Source of the DNA: Candidatus Acidiferrales bacterium
GTDB taxonomy: Bacteria > Acidobacteriota > Terriglobia > Acidiferrales > UBA7541
Reading direction: 5' to 3'
Length of the DNA stretch: 35,487 nucleotides
Assembly: GCA_049694295.1 (NCBI GenBank)
Contig: JBAVQT010000513.1
Span: 1-35,487 of the forward strand
The notes below the pieces were generated by a model. The model worked only from the letters and a program-made list of their open reading frames with translations, ran no database searches and had not been told where the DNA came from. Both the position numbers and the translations under genes were made by a program. Below, one piece after another: positions 16,535 through 24,570 of the stretch. Position 1 is the stretch's first letter, and the number at the start of each line of letters is the position of its first letter.

Positions 16535-18334
16535 ATGGCCACCACTCCCGCAACTCCGTCGCTCCAGCGCGGCGGCGCTTTCCTGATCGCCTCCACCGCG
16601 CCCGAGGAAATCTTCACGCCCGCCGATCTTTCCGACGATCAGCGCCTCATCGGTCAGACGGCCGAGGAGTTCATGACCAAGGAAGTGGTCCCGGCGATCG
16701 CCGAGCTCGAGCTCCACAAAGAGGGCCTGATGGCCCAAATGTTGAAGAAGGCGGGCGAAATCGGCCTGCTGGGCGGCGTGATCCCGGAGGAGTATGGAGG
16801 CTCGGGCCTCGACAAAGTTTCGTCCACCGTGATTGCGGAGAAACTTTCGAGCTACGCATCGTTTGCCGTCTCGCACGGCGGCCATGCCGGCATCGGCACC
16901 GTGCCCATCGTTTACTTCGGCACCGAAGAGCAAAAGAAAAAATATCTGCCGAAGATCGCGAGCGGCGAGTTGCTCTCCTGCTACTGTCTCTCGGAGCCGC
17001 AGGCCGGCTCCGACGCGCTGGCCTCGCGCACGCGCGCGGTGCTTTCGCCCGACGGCAGAAACTGGATCTTGAATGGCCAGAAAATGTGGATCACCAATGG
17101 CGGATTTGCCGACATTTTCATCGTCTTCGCCAAAGTGGACGGCGAAAAATTCTCATGTTTCATCGTTGAGCGCGGCACGCCCGGCTTCTCCGCCGGCGCC
17201 GAAGAAAAAAAGATGGGCATTCGCGGCAGCTCCACCGTGCCGCTCTTTTTCGAAAACGCGCCCGTGCCCAAGGAAAACCTGCTCCACGAAATCGGCCGCG
17301 GCCACATCGTGGCTTTCAATACTCTCAACGCCGGCCGCTTCTCCCTCGGCGCTTACTGCCTCGGCGGGTCGAAGCAGGCGCTGATTGCCGCGTCAAAATA
17401 CGCCAAGGAGCGCACCGCCTTTGGCAAGCAGCTCGCTGAATTTGGGCTGATTAAATCCAAGCTCGGCGAAATGGCCGTGCGTATCTTCGCCGTCGAATCC
17501 ATGATTTACCGTTCGGCGGGAATGATTGAAGCCGCCGTCTCCGCGCCCACGCCCGGCAAGGACAAGACGCAGCAGGCCATGGCGGTGCTCGAGGAATACG
17601 CCATCGAAAGCTCGATCAGTAAAGTGGTGGGCAGCGAAACCGTGGATTTTTGCGTGGACGAAGCGGTGCAAATTTTCGGCGGCTACGGCTTCCATGAGGA
17701 TTATCCCGTCGCGCGCGCCTATCGCGATGCCCGCGTCAATCGCATCTTTGAGGGCACCAACGAAATCAATCGCATGCTGATCATCCAGATGCTGCTGCGC
17801 CGAGCCATGGCCGGCGTACTGCCGCTGATTCCGGCGGCGAAGAAACTCGGAGAAGAAGTGCTCGCCGGCCCGTCGTTTGAAGACGCGCCCACGGGCCCTT
17901 TCGCCGAAGAAGAACGCTCCCTGGCGCAGGCGAAAAAGATTTTTCTGCTGGCTGCCGGAGGCGCCGTACAGAAATTCCGAGATCAGCTGGCTGACCAAGA
18001 GGAAATCGTGGCGGCGCTTTCAAATATCGTGATGGACGTCTATGCGATGGAATCGTCGCTGCGCCGCGCCCAGAAATCGGCCGCTTCGCGCGGCGAAGAA
18101 GCATCCGCAGTGATGTCCGATGCGGCGCGCTGTTTTATTTACGACGCCATGGATCGCGTCGAAAAGGAAGCCCGCACCGCGCTGGCGGCCACTGTGGAGG
18201 GCGATGCGCTGATCACGCAGTTGGCCGTGTTGCGGCGTTTCGCCAAACACGCTCCGCTCGATACCATCGTGCTGCGCCGCCGCATCGCCGACGCCGTGCT
18301 GGCGCAGGATCGATATCCGTTCGAAGGCCGCTGA
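16535..18334 (+). CDS. Long-type acyl-CoA dehydrogenase (about 600 aa, FadE-like)
   Basis: WITNGGFADIFIVFAKV, GIRGSSTVPLFFENAPVPKENLL and GGYGFHEDYPVARAYRDARVNRIFEGTNEINR are ACAD motifs, followed by a C-terminal helical extension. I chose the ATG at 16535 (MATTPATP...), which has GAGGT upstream. The track ORF begins at 16472. Confidence 0.92.
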   Translation: MATTPATPSLQRGGAFLIASTAPEEIFTPADLSDDQRLIGQTAEEFMTKEVVPAIAELELHKEGLMAQMLKKAGEIGLLGGVIPEEYGGSGLDKVSSTVIAEKLSSYASFAVSHGGHAGIGTVPIVYFGTEEQKKKYLPKIASGELLSCYCLSEPQAGSDALASRTRAVLSPDGRNWILNGQKMWITNGGFADIFIVFAKVDGEKFSCFIVERGTPGFSAGAEEKKMGIRGSSTVPLFFENAPVPKENLLHEIGRGHIVAFNTLNAGRFSLGAYCLGGSKQALIAASKYAKERTAFGKQLAEFGLIKSKLGEMAVRIFAVESMIYRSAGMIEAAVSAPTPGKDKTQQAMAVLEEYAIESSISKVVGSETVDFCVDEAVQIFGGYGFHEDYPVARAYRDARVNRIFEGTNEINRMLIIQMLLRRAMAGVLPLIPAAKKLGEEVLAGPSFEDAPTGPFAEEERSLAQAKKIFLLAAGGAVQKFRDQLADQEEIVAALSNIVMDVYAMESSLRRAQKSAASRGEEASAVMSDAARCFIYDAMDRVEKEARTALAATVEGDALITQLAVLRRFAKHAPLDTIVLRRRIADAVLAQDRYPFEGR

Positions 18335-18676
18335 ACGTCCTTAAGAAATTTCCGGTAACGTCCCGCGACATCAAGCAATCTTCAGCGCTACCTCGCCGTT
18401 CGATTCTAATTCGCGGTCCACACTGCAATTTCACGTGAGAATTTGATTTGTGAAACGCCTGCAGTTTCGCCGCTGCTTTTCCTTCGCCTTTCGCGAAGAA
18501 CGTGTTTGCCGCAAAAACATGTAGACATTTTCTGTCGCCTGATTTCGCCTTTTCCCATTCCGCACGGGTACCAATCTTCTGCCCGCTGCGAGGAACCCGT
18601 TTTCTCTTTTCGGGTCGAACTTTCCCTCCTATTTTTCTTGTGTCCTCTGTTTTCAGTCACTTACGTGTGGGCAGCT

Positions 18677-18692
18677 TGGTACTGCCGTTGCA
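18677..18692 (+). promoter_or_regulatory. Candidate sigma-54 (RpoN) promoter
   Basis: TGGTACTGCCGTTGCA compared with the consensus TGGCACG-N4-TTGCW. GG (18678-18679) and GC (18690-18691) are separated by exactly 10 nt. It sits about 30 nt upstream of the ATG at 18722, whose SD is AGGTGAGG. Confidence 0.45.
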
Positions 18693-18721
18693 TCTAATCC
18701 AGTGAAGCATAGGTGAGGCAC

Positions 18722-19054
18722 ATGAAAACGAAATTGGAACAATTGAAATTGCAACTTGGGGCCATGGCCAAAAAGACCAACCTTAGCAAGGGAATGTGGA
18801 CCGCCATCGCGGCAATCGTGATCATGCAGATGTATTTCGTGCGCGAACTTCTGGCAGCCGAATTGCTGTTTGCCGCGGGCTTCGCCGTCCTGTTCGTTCT
18901 CGGCGCGATTTTTTATTTGGTGGGGGCAATCGGCCAACGCGGCCTGGATCTCACGGAAGCTGGCGCTCGCGTCCTGGCGGCTTCGGCGCGTCGCGGCTAC
19001 GAAGAACTCAATAGAAAGCCATTCCGCCATCAACATTCAGAGTCTGGCCAGTAA
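18722..19054 (+). CDS. Small hypothetical membrane protein (110 aa)
   Basis: AGGTGAGG SD lies before the ATG at 18722. Amphipathic N-terminus MKTKLEQLKLQLG, then two hydrophobic helices (WTAIAAIVIMQMYF and LLFAAGFAVLFVLGAIFYLVGAI). The 3' end overlaps the convergent SDR gene by 47 nt. Confidence 0.55.
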   Translation: MKTKLEQLKLQLGAMAKKTNLSKGMWTAIAAIVIMQMYFVRELLAAELLFAAGFAVLFVLGAIFYLVGAIGQRGLDLTEAGARVLAASARRGYEELNRKPFRHQHSESGQ

Positions 19055-19790
19055 TCGCGCTGGATGCGTCGGACACCAGGAACAAAGCCGCGGCGGCAAT
19101 CTCGACGGCCGTCTGCGGTCTTCCCTGCAAGATTCCCTGCACCATCGCTTTGAAAAGCGTTTCGTTGTCCGCGTGAAAATATTCCGCCAGTCCGCGCCCC
19201 AACTCCTTTGACATTTCCGTTTCCGGCACCGGCCCGGGACTCAGCGCGTTCACGCGTACGCCTTTCCGCGCTCCTTCGGCCGCCAGCGTGCGCGTCAGTC
19301 CGGCCAGACCGGCCTTTGACGCGGCGTATGGGCTGCCCAATTGAAACGCCGCTTTGCCTGCAATGCTCGTAATGTTCAGAATTACGCCGGCCTTTCGCTC
19401 GTACATTCCCGGCAGCACTAGCCGCGCCATCAAAAACGGCGCGCGCAAATTCACACAGATTACTTCGTCCCACTCGGAAGTCGAGATTTCCTCGGCCGGC
19501 TTCACCGGGCCGTACGTCCCCGCGTTATTCACCAGGATGTGGATCGCGCCAAACGATTCGTGCGCGTTCCGTACGATGCGTTCGCAATCCACCTCGCGCG
19601 AGACGTCCGCGGCCACCGCCACGGCGCGCCCGCCCGCCTTTTGAATTTCCTCCGCCACCAGCGCGACTTCGCTCTCGCTCCGCGCCGTCACTAGCACCGC
19701 CGCGCCCTCCGCTGCCAGTTTTTCCGCAATCGCGCGCCCGATGCCGCGCCCGCCGCCCGTCACAATCGCCGCTCGCCCTTTTAGGATCAT
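19008..19790 (-). CDS. Short-chain dehydrogenase/reductase (FabG-like SDR)
   Basis: TGGGRGIGRAIA (TGxxxGxG), NNAG and YAASKAG (YxxxK). 260 aa. Confidence 0.9.
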   Translation of the reverse strand: MILKGRAAIVTGGGRGIGRAIAEKLAAEGAAVLVTARSESEVALVAEEIQKAGGRAVAVAADVSREVDCERIVRNAHESFGAIHILVNNAGTYGPVKPAEEISTSEWDEVICVNLRAPFLMARLVLPGMYERKAGVILNITSIAGKAAFQLGSPYAASKAGLAGLTRTLAAEGARKGVRVNALSPGPVPETEMSKELGRGLAEYFHADNETLFKAMVQGILQGRPQTAVEIAAAALFLVSDASSAITGQTLNVDGGMAFY

Positions 19791-20238
19791 TGCTGTTGGC
19801 GCTCCCTTTCGTGATGCGTCTCCCGTCGATCAATATTCAGATGCTGTTGCGCGGCTCCCGGTGCCGCGCCCACCCCCGCCTCATTCGATTGATTTTTCGC
19901 CGATGCAGGCATCGACGCCCGCCATGGCAGCCGCTGTCGATGTCCCTGTACCATATCATCGGCAATTGCGGCTATTTCGATACGCTAAATTCAAGCGGTT
20001 TCCCGGGTTCCAACCCGCCCGAGCCGGAAAGGATTTTTCGGATCGCCTAATGCGGCTCGGGTCCGCCGCGTTCGGCTGCTGTCGCCGAAAAGTCGCGAGC
20101 CCCCGCCGGCGAATCGCCCTCCTGCGGGACCTGTCCATTCGGACAGTTTCCGCCGAAACAACCTGCAACTTCCTCCCTCTCGCTGTGTTTAACACAGCGT
20201 TGGATAATTACAGACGAATCCCGGGGAGGGATCGCCCT

Positions 20239-21162
20239 ATGCATCGAATGCTACGCACGAGAAATTTCCACTTCATTTACTTCTTGGCTTTCGCGCTCGT
20301 GCTGCTCGCGCTGCCGTCCGCGTCTCACGCGCAGGTCTCGATCGGCGTGGCCGTCCACATCGGACCGCCCGCTCTGCCTGTCTACGCTCAACCGATTTGC
20401 CCCACGCCGGGCTACCTTTGGGCGCCCGGCTACTGGGCTTACGGTCCGGCCGGTTACTATTGGGTTCCCGGCACTTGGGTAATGGCGCCGAGGGCCGGCT
20501 ATCTTTGGACGCCCGGTTATTGGGGTTGGGGCGGCGGCGGTTATTTCTGGCACGGCGGATACTGGGGCCCGCACGTCGGATTCTACGGCGGAATTAATTA
20601 CGGCTTCGGGTACGGCGGCGTTGGTTTCGTGGGCGGCGAGTGGCGCCACGGCGTGTTCGCATACAACACCGCGATCACTCATGTTGACACCACGGTGATT
20701 CACAACACTTACGTCAATCGGACCGTGATCGTGAACAACACCACGGTGAACCGCACCAGCTTCAATGGCGGCACGGGCGGCATCGATGCGCGGCCCACGG
20801 CCGCTGAAGACGCTGCGGCGCGCGATCATCACATCGCGGCCACCGACGAGCAGGTGCAGCACGAGCACTCCGCCAGCACCAACCACGCTTTTCTCGCGTC
20901 GGAAAATCACGGCCATCCGGCCGTCGCAGCAACTTCGCGGCCCGGCCAGTTCAGCGGCCCCGGCGTCGAAGGAGCGAGAGGCTCATCGGGATCGTTCCAT
21001 CCGCCGGCTCACGGCAATTCGCCGAACGCCGAAGGCGCGCACGACGCCAATGGCGGCGAAGCTCATCCGAGCAACGTGAGCGCTACGCACAACAATCATC
21101 CCAACCACAACAAGCAGTCGCACGAACACGAGAACCAGAACGGAGACCATCCGCGGAGATAG
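20239..21162 (+). CDS. Secreted YXWGXW-repeat protein with His-rich C-terminal tail
   Basis: GGGGAGGG lies 8 nt before the ATG at 20239. Signal peptide FIYFLAFALVLLALPSASHAQ. Aromatic repeats read PGYLWAPGYWAYGPAGYYWVPGTWV...GYLWTPGYWGWGGGGYFWHGGYWGP. The tail is HPSNVSATHNNHPNHNKQSHEHENQNGDHPRR. The track ORF start at 19741 is rejected because that part is in-frame read-through of the intergenic region. Confidence 0.8.
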   Translation: MHRMLRTRNFHFIYFLAFALVLLALPSASHAQVSIGVAVHIGPPALPVYAQPICPTPGYLWAPGYWAYGPAGYYWVPGTWVMAPRAGYLWTPGYWGWGGGGYFWHGGYWGPHVGFYGGINYGFGYGGVGFVGGEWRHGVFAYNTAITHVDTTVIHNTYVNRTVIVNNTTVNRTSFNGGTGGIDARPTAAEDAAARDHHIAATDEQVQHEHSASTNHAFLASENHGHPAVAATSRPGQFSGPGVEGARGSSGSFHPPAHGNSPNAEGAHDANGGEAHPSNVSATHNNHPNHNKQSHEHENQNGDHPRR

Positions 21163-21192
21163 TTCAGCGGTAAGCCTCCCGCCTCATTCGAG

Positions 21193-21230
21193 AAGGGGTG
21201 GCAGCTCATCACTGCCGCCCCTTTGAAATT
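21193..21230 (+). terminator. Probable intrinsic terminator after the YXWGXW gene
   Basis: aaggggtggcag (21193-21204) pairs with ctgccgcccctt (21212-21223), giving a 12-bp stem with one G-U pair and a 7-nt loop. The downstream T-tract is weak (ttgaaatt). Confidence 0.5.
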
Positions 21231-21427
21231 CTAAGTCTCGCTTCTACCCCCGGAGCCCGCGTCCGCGTAAGACCACCGCCAATCCCCAGCCGCTGACCAA
21301 CAGATCGTACTGAAATCGCGCGCGATCGCCGCGACACGAGCCGCACCACACCCGAATCACCATGCCGCGAACTCGGTGGCACGAAACCCGCTCCTTCGTG
21401 TAAAATATCCTCTTTGCGGAGACTCAC

Positions 21428-22411
21428 TTGACGCTTACACAGATTCAGGGCACCACCAGCACGGCTGCCGGAGCGAAGACTCTGGTTCGCGTCCGCCCGC
21501 GCGGCTTCTGTGCCGGCGTGGTTCGCGCCGTTGATATCGTCGACCTCGCGCTCGAGGCTTACGGCCAGCCGGTTTACGTGCATCACGAGATCGTTCACAA
21601 TCGGTACGTCGTGGACCAGCTTCGCGGACGCGGCGCAATCTTCGTTGAATCCATCGCGGAAGTTCCCGAAGGCGCGGTCCTCGTTTTCAGCGCGCACGGC
21701 GTGCCGCCCCGCGTTCGCGTCGAAGCCCAGGACCGCAAGCTGCGCGTTATTGACGCCACTTGTCCGCTGGTCACCAAAGTGCATCTGGAGGCTCTGAAAT
21801 TTGCGCGCGAAGGCCGCACGCTGATTCTCATCGGCCATCGCGATCACCAGGAAATCGTCGGCACGTCCGGCGAAGCGCCCGATCAGACCGTGGTCGTCGG
21901 CAGCATCGAGGAAGTGGACAAGCTGGAAGTTGCCGATCCCAGCCGGCTCGCGTTCCTCACTCAAACCACTCTTTCGCTTTACGATACCCAAGAAATCGTC
22001 GCCCGCCTCCGCCAGCGTTTTCCGGAAATTAAAGGACCGGCGTCCGATGACATCTGCTATGCCACGCAGAATCGCCAGGAAGCCGTCGAGGCTCTGACCC
22101 GCGAAGTCGAGGTGATTTTTGTGGTCGGCTCGGCCAATAGCTCAAATTCCAACCGCCTGGTGGAAGTCGCCAAGCGGGCCGGCGTCGCCGCGCATTTAAT
22201 CGAAGACGCCAATGACATTGACGCCGCTTCGCTCGAAGGCGTCGCATCGCTCGGACTCACCGCCGGCGCTTCCGCTCCCGAAGTTCTCGTCGAGCAGGTC
22301 AGCCAGCGGCTTTCCAGCCTGGGATTTACGAATCAGCGCGATCTGGATCTGATTCGCGAAGATGTGCGCTTTACGTTGCCTGCCGAGCTGGCTCGGCAGA
22401 GTGCGCGATGA
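21428..22411 (+). CDS. ispH: 4-hydroxy-3-methylbut-2-enyl diphosphate reductase
   Basis: PRGFCAGVVRAV, HEIVHN, ATCPLVTKVH, DDICYATQNRQ and SANSSNSNRL, which include the three conserved Cys of the 4Fe-4S site. TTG start at 21428 with GGAGA 5 nt upstream. Confidence 0.93.
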   Translation: MTLTQIQGTTSTAAGAKTLVRVRPRGFCAGVVRAVDIVDLALEAYGQPVYVHHEIVHNRYVVDQLRGRGAIFVESIAEVPEGAVLVFSAHGVPPRVRVEAQDRKLRVIDATCPLVTKVHLEALKFAREGRTLILIGHRDHQEIVGTSGEAPDQTVVVGSIEEVDKLEVADPSRLAFLTQTTLSLYDTQEIVARLRQRFPEIKGPASDDICYATQNRQEAVEALTREVEVIFVVGSANSSNSNRLVEVAKRAGVAAHLIEDANDIDAASLEGVASLGLTAGASAPEVLVEQVSQRLSSLGFTNQRDLDLIREDVRFTLPAELARQSAR

Positions 22412-22449
22412 TTTCGTTGGGCGCTGGCCCAGCCCAAAGGAGCCGATGA

Positions 22450-23652
22450 GTGGCGGTCAAAATCGTCCGCCAACCAGATAAGATCGCCGTGCTGGGCGCG
22501 CCCACCAGCGCGGCCGCTATGTCGCTCGGCCACGAAGGCGCTCCTGCCGCTCTGCGCGCCGCCGGCCTCACCGCGCGCCTCACCGATATCGGCTACCAGG
22601 TCTCCGATTTCGGCGACGATGCTCCGCAACTTTTTCAGCCCGACAATGACAGTCCGCGCGCCCGCAATCTTCCTCGCATACTGAAATCTCTCGAGGCGCT
22701 CAAGCCGCGTGTGGAAGCTGCCGTGAAATCCGGCGCGCTTCCGCTGGTGCTCTCCGGCGATTGTTCGATCGCCATGGCCACCGCGGCTGGCCTGCGCCGC
22801 TATTATCGCCACGTGGGCATGATCTATTTCGATCGCGACGCCGATCTCAATACGCCCGCCACCTCGCCTTCCGGCTGCGTGGACGGCATGGTCGTCTCAC
22901 ATCTGGCCGGGCGCGGCGCCGCCGAGATGGTTCGCTTCTGGGGAGAGCCGCCACTGGTCCGCGAGCCCGATCTCGCGCTTTTCGGAGTGGCCCGCCTCGA
23001 TCCGCCCGAAGAGGAAACGCTGCTTCGGTCGCCGGTTCGCCGCTACTTGGCGGCTGACATTCAGCGCCGCGGCGCCGCGGTGGCGGCCAGCGAAGCGATC
23101 GAACGCATCCATGGCAGCGGCACGGAATTCGTGCTGCATTTCGATGTGGACGTGATCGCCGATTTTCCGGCCACCAACTATCCGGGTTCCGGAGGACTGA
23201 GCCTTGACGAAGTCCGCGAGGCGCTGGAAGTTTTCGTTCGCAACAAACACCTCGCCGCCATTGAGATCACCGCTTACAATCCCGCAAAAGACCCGGACGG
23301 CAGCGGCGCGAAAATTATTTTAGATCTGCTCGCAGACGCGCTCGACGTTCGGCTGGAAACCCTGAAGGCTTCGGCCGCCGTGGACGCGCCCGCCGCGGCG
23401 AGCGCTGCTGCTGCGACCGCGGCGGGCCACTTCGCTCCGCAGTCCGAACCATCCCAAGCCGCAGCATCGGCCGCTGACGAAGAGGCCCCTCGCAATCTGC
23501 GCGACGAGTTGCTTGAAAAAGTCCCGCCCGCGGCTCCCGGCGAAGCTTGGTCTTCCGATTCGCTGGAGAACGATGAAACCGCCGACATTTCGGGCGATCG
23601 TCCCTCCGATCCTTCCGCGGACTCCTCCGAAACCGGTGAGCCTCAGCCCTAA
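22450..23652 (+). CDS. Arginase/agmatinase/formiminoglutamase-fold (ureohydrolase superfamily) protein, divergent metal-site motifs, with about 100-aa acidic low-complexity C-terminal tail
   Basis: AAGGAG (22437-22442) lies 7 nt before the GTG at 22450. Fold motifs LVLSGDCSIAMA, IYFDRDADLNTP, LHFDVDVIADFP and EITAYNP. The tail is rich in A/S/E/D/P. Confidence 0.8.
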   Translation: MAVKIVRQPDKIAVLGAPTSAAAMSLGHEGAPAALRAAGLTARLTDIGYQVSDFGDDAPQLFQPDNDSPRARNLPRILKSLEALKPRVEAAVKSGALPLVLSGDCSIAMATAAGLRRYYRHVGMIYFDRDADLNTPATSPSGCVDGMVVSHLAGRGAAEMVRFWGEPPLVREPDLALFGVARLDPPEEETLLRSPVRRYLAADIQRRGAAVAASEAIERIHGSGTEFVLHFDVDVIADFPATNYPGSGGLSLDEVREALEVFVRNKHLAAIEITAYNPAKDPDGSGAKIILDLLADALDVRLETLKASAAVDAPAAASAAAATAAGHFAPQSEPSQAAASAADEEAPRNLRDELLEKVPPAAPGEAWSSDSLENDETADISGDRPSDPSADSSETGEPQP

Positions 23653-23675
23653 GCTTTCGCCGATCCTGAAAAATC

Positions 23676-24395
23676 GTGAGCGCAAGAAAAACAAATTCGG
23701 CGAAGTTATGGCCTGCGATCATCATTTTCGATGTGGACGGCGTTCTGGTCGGCACGCGCAATTCTTACCTGCGCACAGTTCTCCAGATCGTCCGTCACTT
23801 TACCGGGCAGCGCGTCACGCTGGCCCAGCTCCACGAATGGAAGAATCGTCCCGGCTTCAATGACGATTGGAAGCTTTCCCACGCCTGGGTAAAGTCGCTG
23901 GGCGGGAAGCAATCCTACGAAGTGGTCAAAACGAAGTTCCTCGAATTGTATTGGGGAAAGAAACGCGATGGCAATGTGGCTTTGGAGGAATGGCTGCTGC
24001 CCAAGGCATCGCTGCGCCGTCTCGCCAAGCGCGCCGAACTCGCCATCTTCACCGGGCGCATCTACGAAGAGCTCGATCACACCTTTGACCGCTTTGTCGT
24101 CCGCCCTTTCTTCCGCCAGATCGTGACCGTCGAAGACGTGCGCGAACCAAAGCCCTCGCCCGAAGGCCTGCTAAAAATCCTCGATGGCCGCGATCCATCC
24201 ACGGTTCTCTATCTCGGAGACAATGTGGATGACGCGGCAGCCGCTCGTGCCGCCGGAGTCCCCTTCATCGGCATTCTGCCGCCTCGCAGCGTCGAACGTC
24301 GCCAGCGTGGTCCCCGTCTTAAAGAGCTTGGGGCCCTGGCAATCCTGGGCGATGTCAACGAGCTGGAACCTTGGCTAAGACAACATCGCGCCTGA
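23676..24395 (+). CDS. HAD-superfamily hydrolase (subfamily IA-like)
   Basis: Motif I IIIFDVDGVLVGT and motif IV LGDNVDDAAAARAAGVPFIGI. GTG start 23 nt after the preceding stop. Confidence 0.8.
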   Translation: MSARKTNSAKLWPAIIIFDVDGVLVGTRNSYLRTVLQIVRHFTGQRVTLAQLHEWKNRPGFNDDWKLSHAWVKSLGGKQSYEVVKTKFLELYWGKKRDGNVALEEWLLPKASLRRLAKRAELAIFTGRIYEELDHTFDRFVVRPFFRQIVTVEDVREPKPSPEGLLKILDGRDPSTVLYLGDNVDDAAAARAAGVPFIGILPPRSVERRQRGPRLKELGALAILGDVNELEPWLRQHRA

Positions 24396-24570
24396 CTGTC
24401 GACCCGCCCAAATCGCCCAATTTGACTGCCAATCGAAGTACCACCCACCGCCCCCACTTTCGGACTGGCACTATCGGTTAGTACCGAACAGGAAACACGT
24501 ACCATTGCCCAATCCCTTCAAAATCAGCATAGTTAGGGGCTGAGGCGGGGCGTGTGCCCCTTACTGTTTT

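Noticed and set aside
18385-18415. tRNA-like T-loop string gttcgattc
   Set aside because: The flanking bases cannot form a T-stem or acceptor stem, so no cloverleaf can be drawn.
21377-21392. Second sigma-54-like site, TGGCACGAAACCCGCT, upstream of ispH
   Set aside because: The -24 half is perfect and GG-N10-GC spacing holds, but the -12 element is CCGC rather than TTGC. A housekeeping isoprenoid gene is also an unlikely RpoN target. I kept it only as a note.
24547-24570. Hairpin ggggc-gtgt-gcccc followed by ttactgtttt, immediately before the ATG of the giant gene
   Set aside because: The stem is only 5 bp with an interrupted T-run, which is too weak to call a terminator or translational switch. 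It may be fortuitous.
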